The notes below the pieces were generated by a model. The model did not search any database. It was not told where the DNA came from and worked only from the letters and a program-made list of their open reading frames with translations. This document shows positions 1 to 13,653 of a stretch of 64,000 nt of DNA, piece after piece. This DNA is from Octopus sinensis (Eukaryota): the NCBI RefSeq assembly GCF_006345805.1, contig NC_042998.1, positions 74,276,001 through 74,340,000 on the forward strand, read 5' to 3'. How positions within the stretch are numbered: the stretch's first letter is position 1; each line of letters opens with the position of its first letter. Position numbers and translations under genes: made by a program.

Positions 1-269
1 TCAAATATGATAGAAAGAAAAAAAAAACATAGCTCTATGTCAACGACGATACCATTAAATAAAAAAGAAAGGATAACTTAGGTACGGTGGAACATAAAGA
101 GCGCGTTTACGAAACACTGTAAATTTTAAAATAATTACATCTCAAGTCTTCTTTCATCATACATATGTGTGCGTATGTATATATATGTGTGTGTGTGTGT
201 GTATGTGTATGTGTGTGCATGGGTGCATGTGTGTGCTTGCGTGTATGTGTATATGTATGTGTATATGTA

Positions 270-498
270 GGCGGCGAGCTGGCAGAAACGTTAGTACGCC
301 GGGTGAAATGCTTAGCAGTATTTCGTCTGCCGTTACGTTCTGAGTTCAAATTCCGCCGAGGTCGACTTTGCCTTTCATCCTTTCGGGGTCGATTAAAATA
401 AGTACCAGTTACGCACTGGGGTCGATATAATCGACTTAACCCGTTTGTCTGTCCTTGTTTGTCCTCTCTGCGTTTAGCCCCTTGTGGGTAGTAAAGAA

Positions 499-499
<1 letters not shown>
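270..499 (+). mobile_element. tRNA-derived SINE, family A (Meta-domain-like core)
   Basis: tRNA-like head GGCGGCGAGCTGGCAG...GAGTTCAAATTCC, then GGTCGACTTTGCCTTTCATCCTTTCGGGGTCGAT..AAATAAGTACCAG resembling the MetaSINE core; recurs at 9497, 11285, 41459, 43345. Confidence 0.85.
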
Positions 500-500
<1 letters not shown>

Positions 501-535
<35 letters not shown>

Positions 536-732
536 TACAACCTGAACATTGCATGAATGCACCAGACGTGTAATAAAATGGTGTCTGTGTCGTTTTCATT
601 GCATGAAATTATTAGTTGCTTATAAAAATATATACTGTATTGATTAAAAAATATTTATCTCTCCCAGATAGAGTGCTTTTTTTGAGCTTACCGTCACAGA
701 ACAGTATACCAAAGCATGTATGTATGTATGTC

Positions 733-772
<40 letters not shown>

Positions 773-812
773 TACATACATACATACATACATACATACA
801 TACATACATACA

Positions 813-843
<31 letters not shown>

Positions 844-856
844 GTATGTATGTATG
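501..856. repeat. Microsatellites (TG)n, (CA)n, (TACA)n
   Basis: (TG)n 501-532; (CA)n then (TACA)n about 735-840. Confidence 0.95.
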
Positions 857-1644
857 GATGGATGTGTAACATAGTTACAATACGTTACTACAAATAACTT
901 TTTATCGCCTACTCTGCGAATTCGGTCAATTGCACACTCCAGTTCAAAGAAAAGGAGGATCAAAGCTCTTTCCCGCGGCATAGATTCATGAACCCAGTTT
1001 TTCCCGTATTCTGTGGCGTATGTATTCCCCACTGGACTAGACGCGACATTTCTTTCCTACGAGAGTTCCGGACCCCAGTTATGAATGCATTTGCATACAA
1101 CCAATCAGCGCTCAACTATCAAACTAATTTATGAGCACATAACAAGTGATGGGCGATGAAGTAATGTCACTTGGGTAAGGAATGACCATGCTTCTTTTCT
1201 CTTTTAAGGATACTTGTCTTGTTTCAACCGTGGCTGCCTCTGCGTAGTTATTTGTGTTGTTTACTGAGTAAAACAGTAAGAGGAGAGGTTTGCTAGCACT
1301 TCACCCTCTACCCACATTTTTCCCATCCACATCTTTAGTATATGGGGCCCTAACAAGATCCGATGATAGGTATAATTGCAAAGCTATCTAATTACTGCTC
1401 TCCTTCTAAAATCAGGCATAACTTGGCGATCTGTTGTAGAGCGTGTTTGCTGACAAGGTCAGGGTGAGCTTTGATTGAATGGACTGAAAAAAACGTGAAA
1501 TAAAGTGTTTTGCTTAGGAATACAGCACATCGCCTGGCCCAAGAATCGAAACCACAATCTTACGATCATATGTACAACTCAACCACTAGATCAACCGCCT
1601 CCGCGCATATTCCAGCTCCGAAACTGTACATGTGTGTATACATC

Positions 1645-1652
1645 TATGTATA

Positions 1653-1693
<41 letters not shown>

Positions 1694-1728
1694 TATATAT
1701 TATATATATAATATATTATATATATATA

Positions 1729-1768
<40 letters not shown>

Positions 1769-1970
1769 TAAATTAGAGATAAATCAAACAATGAAAAACA
1801 TAAGCCAATACATAAAATTAATTAATCTCTAATTTAATATAATATAATATTTTACTATAAAATTGGATTTAATCCTAAATCTGATTTTTCCCTGTAAGTT
1901 TGGATTTATTCCCTAATATTTTATTAAATATATATATAATATATATATATATTATATATATATATACACT
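1645..1970. repeat. (TA)n microsatellites flanking an AT-rich foldback segment
   Basis: Long TA runs; TATATTAAATTAGAGA (~1764) inverted against TCTCTAATTTAATATA (~1825-1840). Confidence 0.8.
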
Positions 1971-1984
1971 AAACACACACACAA

Positions 1985-2365
1985 TAGAACTACGTTGTAC
2001 GATCGCCCCATTGTACGATTAATTTACTGTACGAGCCGAGGTCGTGCGAATTTTTGTCTTGACGTACGAGCGGAAATCCGCAGTGCTGGTTCACATATCG
2101 TCCCATTCTTAAGGTAATTCAGTTAATAAAACCAGTTTACATAATTCTTTTGCATTCCCTCTTTTTATAATTGTCATTTTACTTGTAAACCACACCTTTT
2201 CTGTTATAAAACCCATATAAAAAAATTATTTTTGAGTGGTTTCAGTGGGCTGGAACGGATTAATTATATGTTAGTTAATTTCAATGGGGAAAATTGATTT
2301 ATAAAACGAGTAAATCGTGAGACGTGCTCAGTCATGGAATGAATTAAACTCGTACTGTAAGGTAT
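1985..2365. mobile_element. Decayed pogo/Tigger-like MITE
   Basis: Right end GGAACGGATTAATT...GGAATGAATTAAACTCGTACTGTAAGGTA resembles Tigger-type MITE termini; repeated GTACGA motifs at left. Confidence 0.5.
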
Positions 2366-2567
2366 ACACACACACACACACCTATATATATATTATAAAT
2401 ACATAATATATACATGTTTGTATGTGTTTTGTGTGTATTGTAGATATATATATATATATATATTATAAGACAATATATATATCATATTATATACATCTAT
2501 ATATATACATACACACAAACACACATACACAAGGATTTTTGTCTTATTATTGGGATTATAATATAAT

Positions 2568-2629
<62 letters not shown>

Positions 2630-2823
2630 GTGTGTTGTGTGTGTGGGTGTGTGTATGTCTGTATGTGTATATATATATATATATGTATACACATACAAAC
2701 ACACATATATATATATTATAATTTTTATAATCCAAATCATAAGACAAAAATCCTTGATCACATCTTTAATGATCTTTTACCACACACCACAACACACACA
2801 ACACACACCACACACACATATAT

Positions 2824-2865
<42 letters not shown>

Positions 2866-2904
2866 TATATAATATATATATATATATATATAATAGATAT
2901 AATA

Positions 2905-3225
2905 TGGTAAAGACCCACCTCCAACCCACTCGATCATGATATTCAAGGGATTGCACCTAAAAAGTTACCCTCCGAGGCACATATCCGAGCAAGGTTGTTT
3001 GTAGAAGACCAGCAGTCGGCCATGCATACTAGTCTCCCCCTCTCCATGCCACCGATATTATCCAAGAGAAAGGCAAAGACTTGGTACCAGAGACGTCACC
3101 ACTCGTTTCTATAACTGGGTGAACTGGACCAACGTGAAACAAAGTATCTTACTCGCACAACACACAGCCCGGTCTGAGAATCGAACTCACAACCTCATGA
3201 ATGTGAGCCCCACGCTCTAACCATA
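2905..3225 (-). mobile_element. tRNA-derived SINE, family B
   Basis: Reverse complement begins TGGTTAGAGCGTGGGGCTCAC...GAGTTCGATTCTC; body matches copies at 4460, 21580, 59520. Confidence 0.85.
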
Positions 3226-3392
3226 TATGAACATATGCATGTATATATATATAGTAATATAAAGTTGTAAAGTATATTTCTTTCAAAATTTGACACTAAA
3301 CCTAAAAATTGTAAACTGCATTAAAGAAATATATTTTGCTTGGTGCAAACACAATCTGTTATATAACTCAATATTTGATTGGAGCGGTTAGA

Positions 3393-3607
3393 TCTGCTAT
3401 AATAATACTCCTGTGTTTTTCTCCGTCACAACATATGAATGAGAAGGGAAAGGGTAATAAATGAGGAAGGAAGGAAGGAAGAAAGGAAGGAAGGAAGGGG
3501 TGATGGCAAACTGGTAGTGGGAAGATGGAAATTCTACGGTGAAAATGTCAGCGTTTTGACTCTGTGTGAATATATGTGTTTGTGTATGTAAAAGGGTGGT
3601 ATGTGAA

Positions 3608-3652
<45 letters not shown>

Positions 3653-3948
3653 AATGGAAGTGAGATGATGAACATTGAAAATAAAAATCAAACTGCGTTT
3701 CAACTCTGTGTGAGTATATGTGTGAATGAGTGTGCGTGTACAAGGGAAAGTGTGTGAACGTTTATCAGTGCGAACCAGTATCCTTTCAGTAACAAACGAT
3801 GATCGATGACACATCTCAAAATACAACCACGAGATAACATTCAGAAGTGTATAAATTTGAAGTGCCATCCATATTCTATCTTTTGAGCTTATTTATATAT
3901 AAAATACTACAATTAGCCGTCATTTTTTGACGGCACAGGACCAGCTAG
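3393..3948 (+). mobile_element. Non-autonomous Helitron
   Basis: 5' A|TC (3392/3393); 3' hairpin GCCGTCA-TTTTT-TGACGGC (3916-3934), 10-nt spacer, CTAG (3945-3948) followed by T; internal (GGAA)n and (TG)n. Confidence 0.7.
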
Positions 3949-4459
3949 TATGTTTCTAATAACAAAAGCTGACCATTTACTTTGAGTTTCACAACTTTGG
4001 GGTAGACAAAACGTTTGCAGTTCGTATAAGTATGGGTTGACTTTAGATGTGTCTACAAAGGTAAAGGGATAAATGTCATTTAATACTAAGAATTGTATAT
4101 GTAAGTTATTGTTAAGGTGTGTGTACGTATGGACAGATGGAGACACACGTGTTTCTCTTCTATTTGTACAGCACTATCTTGTGTCATATTTGAAATTTTT
4201 TAGAGGAGGCTAAACTTTGAGGAATGTTGCTTGTTCTTGTTCAAAGGGCGTATTTCCGTTATTATTGTGCTCTGATGTATATATTTAAGGTGACAGTGCT
4301 GCAGTGTTCCATTGAATCTTATGCCTATAGTTAAGGTGACAGTATGTCCTGAAAGATGAACTGAGAAAGAAAAAATAATAAAGAAATAGAAAATGAAAAT
4401 GTAAGATCTAATTTTTGTAAATGTTTAAATATGTGGATATATAAATTAATATCATAATG

Positions 4460-4700
4460 AAGGCGCATGGCTCAGTGATTAGATAGTTCGATTCCTGGGC
4501 TGGGCTTTGTATTGCAACATCACTGCTGCCAAGCTACATCGGCCTTTGCCTTTCCCTTGGATAACATCGGTGGCGTGGAGAGGGGAGGCTGGTATGCATG
4601 GGCGGCTACTGGTCTTCCGCAAACCCGGACTTGTGCTTCTGAGGGAAACTTTCCAGGTGCAATCACATGGTCATTCATGATCAAAAGGGGGTCTTTACCA
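4460..4700 (+). mobile_element. SINE family B
   Basis: GGCGCATGGCTCAGTGATTAGA..GTTCGATTCC head; body CCCTTGGATAACATCGGTGGCGTGGAGAGGGGAGGCTGGTATGCATGGGC. Confidence 0.85.
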
Positions 4701-4733
4701 TTATTAATTGCATAAATATAATTATCCATCCTC

Positions 4734-4833
4734 NNNNNNNNNNNNNNNNNNNNNNNNNNNNNNNNNNNNNNNNNNNNNNNNNNNNNNNNNNNNNNNNNNN
4801 NNNNNNNNNNNNNNNNNNNNNNNNNNNNNNNNN
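4734..4833. other. Assembly gap (100 N)
   Basis: Run of exactly 100 N, typically a placeholder of unknown size. Confidence 0.99.
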
Positions 4834-5809
4834 AAATAAAGAGTTAATAGCTTGGGCAATTTTAGCCAGTCGAAAGTCACAGACATATAGGTGCCTGCTT
4901 CCATAGCAACAAGCCAAGCTCTTACCAAGCCACTTACTACATGTTTTTTATGCCACTTATCGAATGTGGTATGAGATGATCATGATATGTGCAAAAAATA
5001 ACAGCTAAATAGGCCTTAAATCACACACAAAATTTTTTTCCTGTGGTGAGGGATTGCATAATCGAATGAATTCCCATATGTAGAATACAAATTTGCAAAA
5101 ATTTTCTTAAAAATTCCCCCAAAATAAAAAAGTTATGAGGAGTTATATGGCATGCATAAAGCAGTATTCCACCAGTATTTCATTTGTTTACAGTTGACAA
5201 CACATGCTGTCACACAAAACTGGGTAAAAATTATCGACCTTTAAACTTCTGTAACTATTTTCTGGAAAAAGTGAATTACCTCCTGGGGTTGATAAAACAG
5301 TACCAGTTGAACACTAGAAGTGATAAAATTGACTCCCCCACACACACCACCACCACCACCACTAAAATTGTTGGCCTTGTACCAAAATTTGAAACCATTC
5401 TTCTTCTTCTTTATCCTCCTCCTCCTCCTCCTCCTCCTCCTGATGTGCATGCATGTTTTCCATTCAGAATCATTATTATCAAAATAAAAGGTTACTTGGA
5501 CATACAGTGTTGCTGTAGCAAGCTGTAACACTTCTAGTCCTTGTCACAGCTTGTTCAATCAGATACATCTACAATACCACACAACATTACTTAAATAAAT
5601 AGAAACAGATCTCTAGTGGTCTCTGTTACAAGTTCTCAGTTGTTAAATGAGCCAAACTAGCTGCTCACTTAACTAGTGAGTAAGGGGCTGACATTCGTCA
5701 CCTTAATTTAATCCTTGGGCACAATCAGTGTAACAAAGTGAGTTTCAAAGCTTTTTCTTTGAATTACAGTACAATGGCATCTGATGGACTTCCATGTAGT
5801 TTCTGTTTA

Positions 5810-6196
5810 CTCTTTTACTTGTTTCAGTCATTTGACTGTGGCCATGCTGGAGCACTGCCTTTAGTCGAGCAAATCGACCCCGGGACTTATTCTTTGTAAG
5901 TCTAGTACTTATTCTAACGGTCTCTTTTGCCAAACAGCTAAGTTACGGGGACGTAAACATACCAGCATCGGTTGTCAAGCAATGTTTTGGGAACAAACAC
6001 AGACACACAAGCACACACACACATATAGAGACATATATATGAAGGGCTTCTTTCAGTTTCCATCTACCAAATCCATTCACAAGGCTTTGGTCAGCCCGAG
6101 GCTATAGTAGAAGACACTTGCCCAAGGTACCACGCAGTGGGACTGAACCTGGAACCATGTGGTTGGTAAGCAAGCTACTTACCACACAGCCACTCT
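5810..6196 (-). mobile_element. tRNA-derived SINE, family C
   Basis: Reverse complement head GAGTGGCTGTGTGGTAAGTAGCTTGCTTACCAACCACATGGTTCCAGGTTCAGTCCCACTGCGTGG, then CCTTGGGCAAGTGTCTTCTACTATAGCC; other copies listed below. Confidence 0.85.
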
Positions 6197-7496
6197 AACA
6201 AGGTTTCAGTCAATTCAAGGTTATGGTTAAAGAAACTTGTCCAAGATGTCACACATTGTTGTTAAACCCTAGATCTTATGATTGTGAAGTAAACGTCTTT
6301 AGTTTGAGCCATATCAGCCATTTTTTGTGAGCTAATAATTACATTAGTATAAACATTATTATAACACAAAAAACAAAATACTATCTTTCTTCCCCCACTG
6401 CAGACAAACTTACAAAGCTAATAAATAATACACCTCAAAATAACATCAAAATCTCATTAACCACAACATGACTGGGTGCAGAAGAACCACAGTTGTTTGT
6501 GCTTTGGGTAGATGCACCTTATCAGTCTCTGCTGTAGTTACTAACTCATATTACAGGCAAGCAGTGACACCAACAATAACAGTCAATACTTTGAAACTAT
6601 CACATCTTAATTAAAAAGAAAAAGAGGAATTTGAAGGAATGCTTTGGTCCAATTGTTGAACCCTTGTCATGTTTACAGAAGATGCAGGTTCATGACCCAT
6701 GAGCAGCTTATGTCTTTTTCTATTCGAAGGTGTTTAATCCTATATTCACATGCTATTATTTATTATTTTTATCTGTTTCAAGATTCAGTGTGCCAAAAAG
6801 TAATTATATTCCATATGGTTTTGTAAGTTTCCCTCAAGTAGACTAGTTAGAAATCAGAATTTCACATGAATATATGAGAAGAGACATGACGGATGTAGGA
6901 ACAAACCAGAACCTCTTAATGAATGTGTCAGTGAGAGATACACAAGTTGTACATAAGAGTTTCCAAATACTGTCTTTCAATGAAAATTGGTGAGTCATTC
7001 ATTAGCTACTCATTCTGCCAGAAAACTTTAAGTGGATCCTGTTGAAGAATCGATGATGCAGAAGTGTCCTATATATGGCAGGTAATTTGTCAAATTGGAT
7101 TCAATATCTGCGATGCATGGTAGAAAATCTGGCAAAAGTTTGATTTGTTTAACTGCTACTTCAACCACTAATTATAAAGATAAGTGTGTGAAGTGAGTTG
7201 ACATAGAAGTTTACAGATGTGATTACACAAGAAATATTTAGGCCAGTAAAACAAAACTCCTGGCCCAGTACATTAGCAGCAGATCTGTGATGCAAATAAA
7301 GTAAGTCAGTTAGGAGAAAAGATAAAAATAGCCAAACAAAGCAAAACACAAAATAATGTAAATAGTATGTTTAAAGCTACAAAATAAGTAATGTATTGAA
7401 ACCTATTGATTTAGAGATGTATCAAACATAAAGATGACTGTATAATCTAAAGTAAAGTAAAATATTTAGACATTGATGCTGAAGTCTGTCTGTCTG

Positions 7497-7559
<63 letters not shown>

Positions 7560-8261
7560 TCTAAATAGTATGTTAACAATGAAGTTATTCTCGGTCATGG
7601 TCTAGCAAAACCATAATAGTGACAGAATTGCAAGGTTGGTTTCTTTCTAAATAAAAGTTATGTTTAAATTATGGGAGAGCTTGGCAAAAGTATAAAAAAG
7701 CAGAAGTCTAATTCTGATAAGAACTAATCTATTCTTCTGGGAAAAATCTGCTAATGAAGTTGTTTGTTTGGTGTAGGAAGGTAATGTAGATTGCTAATAC
7801 GATTTGGTTCATATCATTTGTTGAATGTAGGTAGCTCGTAACTGATGAAGTCAGTTGCACTCAAATAGGCTTGTTATTATTAGCTTTAAGTTTAGTCACT
7901 GCCAAGTGTAAGACTTTGCATTAAAATCTTCATATTTCCTGCATTTATTGGGTTGTCTGGAAAGTTTGTGCTGATTTATAGTAGCTTACCTTTCAACTGA
8001 CCCTACCAGGCACCTCAATTCTGGGAAGAGGGTATTTTCAAGTTAAAGGAAAGATAGTGCAACAAAATGGTTGATTACAAATGTAATGGCAAGTATTTAT
8101 TGACCATTTTCTTTCCTTTAAAAATCGGCAAGAAATTTCCGGGCAACCCAATACATACATATATACATATATATACGTACATCAAAGTGGTCAGGCAAAG
8201 CTATCTTTTACTTTTAATATACTTTATTCCACACACACACATACACACACACATATATCAT

Positions 8262-8710
8262 CATCATCATCTTTTAACATCTGTTTTCCATGTTGGCATG
8301 GGTTGTACGGCTTGACAGGAGCTGGCCACACACCAATTGTCTATTGTGGCATGGTTTCTATGGCTGGATGCCCTTCCTAACACCAACCATGTTTCAGACC
8401 ATGTTGGGTACCTCTTACATCCCACTGGCATGGGTGCATTTATGCAGTACAGGCAGAGGCATTTTATGTGGCACTGGCACCTATAAAGGACAAGCTTGTA
8501 TGTCTGTGTGACCATGATTTTACTTAACTTGACACATCTTTTCAAGTACAGCAAATTTCCGCAACTCTCAATCCCTTGTCACTTCCTCAGTGAGGCCTAG
8601 CGGCTGGAGGACCTTTCTTACCACTTTGCCCCACATCTTCCCAATTCTACTCTTCCCACAGGTTCCCTCCACAATTAGAGCTTGGCACTTCTTTATGCAG
8701 CTGTCTTCAT
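8262..8710 (-). mobile_element. RTE LINE 3' fragment
   Basis: (CAT)n tail, shared 3' end and antisense C-terminal coding remnant (KKCQALIVEGTCGK...WGKVV). Confidence 0.8.
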
Positions 8711-8806
8711 ACACACACATGCATGCGCGCGCACACACACACATGTTTATGTATTTCTTTTGCAAGATTCTTGATGTGAAATCATGTATTGAAACAAATA
8801 TTGATA

Positions 8807-9050
8807 CAGTTGGGGACGGTCATATTTTGCCAATTAAACACATGCACTATAAATTTGGGCTTCACTTCAGCTTTATTACTATTTTAGCTTTTTTGTCACA
8901 CATCCTGCGACCTCTTCAGTTTGCTGAAGAGGCAACAAGCTGTGTGACAAAAGAACTTTGACATAAAACCTAAAATAATAATAAAGCTATAGTGAATACT
9001 AAATATATAATGCATGTGTTTAATTGGCAAAATATGACCATCCCCAAGTA
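8807..9050. mobile_element. MITE with long terminal inverted repeats (Tc1/mariner-like TA-CAGT end)
   Basis: TTGGGGACGGTCATATTTTGCCAATTAAACACATGCA inverted against TGCATGTGTTTAATTGGCAAAATATGACCATCCCCAA; TA on both sides. Confidence 0.7.
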
Positions 9051-9144
9051 TAACAATATATAGATAGACAGATAGATAGAGAGATAGATGCATATATATA
9101 TACACACACACACACACACATATATATACATATATACACATATA

Positions 9145-9184
<40 letters not shown>

Positions 9185-9496
9185 TACACAGTGCTCATGT
9201 TAAATTAGACAATGTTTCATGTTTCCTTTGATGTATTGGTGAACAGTCAACAGTGTTGGAGAGCAGAAAGATGGAATCCATCTGAATACAGGAAAAGTTG
9301 CCTGTATCATGATGATACATACTGGGTATCAAAATGCTGACACCATGAGTGCTGTCAAATGCTCTGTGAACACTGTAAAAGCTGTAAAATATCATATGGA
9401 CAATTGCAACTGAGACTACAAAGCCATGCCCAGCAGGAAGGGATACAGTAAATATTCTGACTGCATCTGCATGCCAGAATTCATTCATTTTGAAAG

Positions 9497-9712
9497 CGGC
9501 GAGCTGGCAGAAAGGTTAGCACGCCGAGTGAAGTGCTTAACGGTATTTCGTCTGCTGTTATGTACTGAGTTCAAATTCCGCCGAGGTAGACTTTGCCTTT
9601 CATCCTTTCGAGATCGATTAAATAAGTACGAGTTACACACTGGGGTCGATATAATCGACTTAATCCGTTTGTCTGTCCTTGTTTGTCCCCTCTGTGTGTA
9701 GCCCCTTGTAAA
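9497..9712 (+). mobile_element. SINE family A
   Basis: High similarity to 270-499. Confidence 0.85.
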
Positions 9713-9739
9713 GAACTAAGAATTCATTCACCAGCTGAT

Positions 9740-10115
9740 GAACAGGGCTTTAAGTTCATTTCAGATGGCTATGTGAAGCTGCTGGAGACTAGTCAAAACC
9801 CTGACTGAAGAGAGTTGCTGGTAGAAGGCCATATGTGTGGCAGCAGGATTCAGCTTCTTGCCACACCTCCAGAAAGAGTCAGAAGTGGTTGTCTGATCTT
9901 ACCATCCCTAATTTCTGGCCTCCTAATTCCTCTGATTGTAATCTCATGGATTATTATGCATAGGGACCAGGTGAAAAAGACCTTAACCACTCTGCCCACA
10001 ACACCAAGAACTGGAAGCTAATATCAAGGAGGTATTCAAAGATCTTCCAGGGATACAGTGAGGAACACATGCACCTGGTTTCAGAGCTGTCTTGAGGCCA
10101 AGGTGGAAGCTAAGG
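9740..10115 (+). pseudogene. Tc1/mariner-superfamily (DD37D/maT-like) transposase relic
   Basis: Frameshifted translation GYVKLLET..RPYVWQQDSASCHTSRKSQKWLS..NFWPPNSSDCNLMDYY matches the QQDxAPxH and WPPNSPDxNPxDY motifs. Confidence 0.75.
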
Positions 10116-10261
10116 ACTGCTACTTCAAGTAAACTGTTATCTTCCAACAACTATCTAGTTGATACTTTTTGAGATTTTAAAACTAATTTTCTTTTGAATG
10201 GGAAATTGTGCTTCCTTTTCCTTTTATGCAAACCCTCAAATTTAGCCCATGCACTCTTGCT

Positions 10262-10383
10262 CTGTGGCAAGAAGTTTGCTTTCCAACCATATCATTCCAG
10301 GTTCAGTCCCACTGCATGACACACTACAATAGCTTCAGGCCAAGCAAAGCCTTGTGAGTAGAATGGAAATTGAAAGAAGCCTG

Positions 10384-10385
<2 letters not shown>
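10262..10385 (+). mobile_element. SINE family C, decayed head
   Basis: CCAGGTTCAGTCCCACTGCATG...GCCTTGTGAGTAGAATGG..GAAAGAAGCC. Confidence 0.6.
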
Positions 10386-10450
<65 letters not shown>

Positions 10451-11205
10451 TACATACATACACACACACACACCACACACACACACACCACACACACACA
10501 CACAAACACACAAAATGTAGGTAGGGTTAAAATTCAAGCTGTGTCCTCTTAAAGCACATCTGCTTATTCCTGTATTCCAGTTCCATATGTAGTTGTTATA
10601 TTTATGTCAGATAGACATTAGCATTGAAAATTCTGGATTGGTTGTTTGCAGAGTAATTATAAATCAAAACAGAAAGCTGGACAAATTGTTTGATATTATT
10701 TATTTACCATTACACATGTTTCACTTCCAAATAGGAATTATGAAATTGTATATGCAGGATAAACATGTAAGAAATTTCCTATTAGAAATTCTTCAGACAA
10801 AGAATCAAATCATACAAAATTTACATTTGGATGATGCAGGTAGTAATCAGGAGATATAAAGAGCGAACATAATAGTAGAGAAAAGGGAGAAAGGGTTAGA
10901 GATTGGACTAATAATAAGTGTATATATACATATATGCATATATACAGATACACATACATATTGACAATGCACACACACACCACACACAAAGACACATCTA
11001 CACACATAAATACTTTATATATATATATATTTACACAAACACACACACATATACATATACATATATATACAAGTATACATACACACACATATATATATAT
11101 ACACGTATACATAGATATTTATGCATGCACACATGTACGCAATATTGGTAACAATTATCATAATAAACATTATGGTGTTGCTGGTGTCTGTTGCGGTAGT
11201 GGATC

Positions 11206-11206
<1 letters not shown>

Positions 11207-11259
<53 letters not shown>

Positions 11260-11440
11260 TAATAATATTAATAATGATAAAAAATTTTGGCACAAGGCTA
11301 GCTATTTTGTGGGGGTGGGGTAAGTTGATTACATCGACCCCAGTGATCAACTGGTATTTATTTTATCAACTCTGAGAGGAAAGACAACAACCTCAGAGAA
11401 ATTTGAACTCAGAATACGATGACAGATGAAATGCCAGTCA
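11207..11440 (+). repeat. (AAT)n followed by partial SINE family A body
   Basis: AAT array 11207-11280; GATTACATCGACCCCAGTG..CAACTGGTA. Confidence 0.65.
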
Positions 11441-12336
11441 GCATTAATAATAATTACATTGAAAATGGTTCTAATTACTACAATAACAATAACATTATAT
11501 ATCTATAGCTGGATGCCCTTTCTAATGCTAACCACTTTACAGGGTATACTTGGTGCTTTTACATGGCACCACCACAAGTGCTTTTTACATGTCACCATAA
11601 CCAGTGCATTTTATATGGCACCAGCAACAGTGATTTTTATGCAGTACCAGAAACAAGGATTTTTATGTGGCACAAGCACTAGTGCTTTTTGCATGATACC
11701 AGCTCCAGTGCTTTTTTAATTAATATTATTTAGCTTTTTATAGTTTAAGGAAGATATAATATCATCTACGTTTGGTGATGTAGAATAGGAGAATTTTACT
11801 GTGTTTGTTAGATATTTTATGGTATTTATTATTAGACAGAAAGTGTTTTTCTAATGCTTGAAAGAATAAAGAGAATATATTAGTAGACACATTACCACTA
11901 AATGGAACATTATACCATATAATGTTTTTGTTGAATGATTTATTAGATTTATAATTTTTATTATTTTTATACTTATAGTTACTAGCATTATCAGATTTGT
12001 ATTTACTTTTATTAAATTTATTATTGCAGTACCTATTATTATGTAATTTATGGATTGGATCATTATTATTTGGTTTATCTTATAGAGCTATGAGTTGTAA
12101 GATATTCTGTTTGGTAAATAATTTATTTGACTTATTAAAATGCTTATTAGTAAGTATTATATTGCTTATTAGTAATTATTGCATACGATTTGTAATAATA
12201 TATTTTATTTTATCTGCATTGCTAGCACTAGAAAGAGCTGAATTGTTGTAATTAGCATGATAGAAAAATATTTCTTTTTTAACCAAAATCTTGGAAATGC
12301 AATGTGAAATGCTATATATAATTATTTTATTATTGC

Positions 12337-12527
12337 TCCCATGCCGGTGGCATGTAAAAAGCACCCACTACAATCTCAGAGTGATTGGTGTTAGGAACGG
12401 CATCCAGCAGTAGAAACATTGCCAGATCAGATTGGAGGCTGGTGTGGCCTCCTGGCCCTCCAGTCCCCAGTCAAACCGTCAAACCCACGCCAGCATGGAA
12501 AACGGACATTAAATGACGATGATGATG
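12337..12527 (+). mobile_element. RTE LINE 3' end
   Basis: GTAAAAAGCACCCACTAC...GTTAGGAACGGCATCCAGC...CATGGAAAACGGACATTAAATGACGATGATGATG. Confidence 0.85.
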
Positions 12528-13361
12528 TATAGGGGTGATTGAAATTTTTGTTTGTGCATTATAAATTTTCATTAATTTTGTGATATGGTTTATATAAACC
12601 AGAGTTTAAATTGAATGAAACACTTAAGAAATCAGCTCTTTAAAGATTAGAGCTGACAGTACTTGAAAGGCCCAAATTTAAAAAGAATTTCAAAATCCTT
12701 TTTTTGTTTCTTGTTTCTTTCCATTTCTACATTTCTGTATTTATAAAAAGAGAAAGGTGAACCAGCATGATATGATCCTCAATGACTTGAAAGCAATTGT
12801 TATCTAATATTTTATAATAAATATATTCCTACAAGATTTGTGACCTCAGTGAAATCACTAGACCACCATAATTATATCGAAATTATCAAGACTATTTTTC
12901 CAATCCATAATTTATTGTCAAATTTAATAGCAGCTTTTCTTGCTTCAAGAATTATACCAATTTCATTTTTGTTAAGATTAAATATTTTTCACAGTAAAAA
13001 GAAGAGCTTTGTGAAGAAGAAAAGGATTAATTAATGAGTAATGATTATTAATATCAATTTATAAAAATCACATATTATTTTGTTTTCTCCTTTAATTTTA
13101 TACACATAAATACACACACATATGCACATATATACATGCATGTGTGTGTGTGTGTGTGTGTGTATGTACGTATGTATCTCCTTCTTTCTTTCCTTTCCTG
13201 AGCGTCCAATAACACTATACTTGTTCAACGTCCTTGTGTTGTTGTGTTTTCTCTTTGTTCATGTTTGGATTAACTATATATATATATGGGCCAATCAGGC
13301 AGTACTGGCAATGAGCTCGCTTGAATGTTTTTTCACGTGCCACCAGCACATATATACATAC

Positions 13362-13570
13362 ATCATCATCATCATCATTTAACGTCCACTTTCCATGCTA
13401 GCATGGGTTGGACGGTTCAACTGGGGTCTGGGGAGCCCGGGGGAGCCCGAAGGCTGCACCAGGCCAGTCAGATCTGGCAGTGTTTCTACAGCTGGATGCC
13501 CTTCCTAACACCAACCACTCCGAGAGTGTAGTGGGTGATTTTATGTGCCACCGACACAGGTGCCAGACGA
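13362..13570 (-). mobile_element. RTE LINE 3' end
   Basis: (CAT)n plus reverse complement of the shared 3' end. Confidence 0.85.
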
Positions 13571-13621
13571 GGCTGGCGAACGGCCACGCTTATATATGTA
13601 TCTCTCTCTCACTCTCTCTCC

Positions 13622-13651
<30 letters not shown>

Positions 13652-13653
<2 letters not shown>

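Noticed and set aside
1089-1108. Octamer ATTTGCAT plus CCAAT, resembling a histone H2B or snRNA promoter
   Set aside because: No histone ORF or snRNA sequence recognisable nearby; short motifs can occur by chance
11750-12330. Asn/Ile-rich ORFs
   Set aside because: Degenerate (AAT/TAT)n low-complexity DNA
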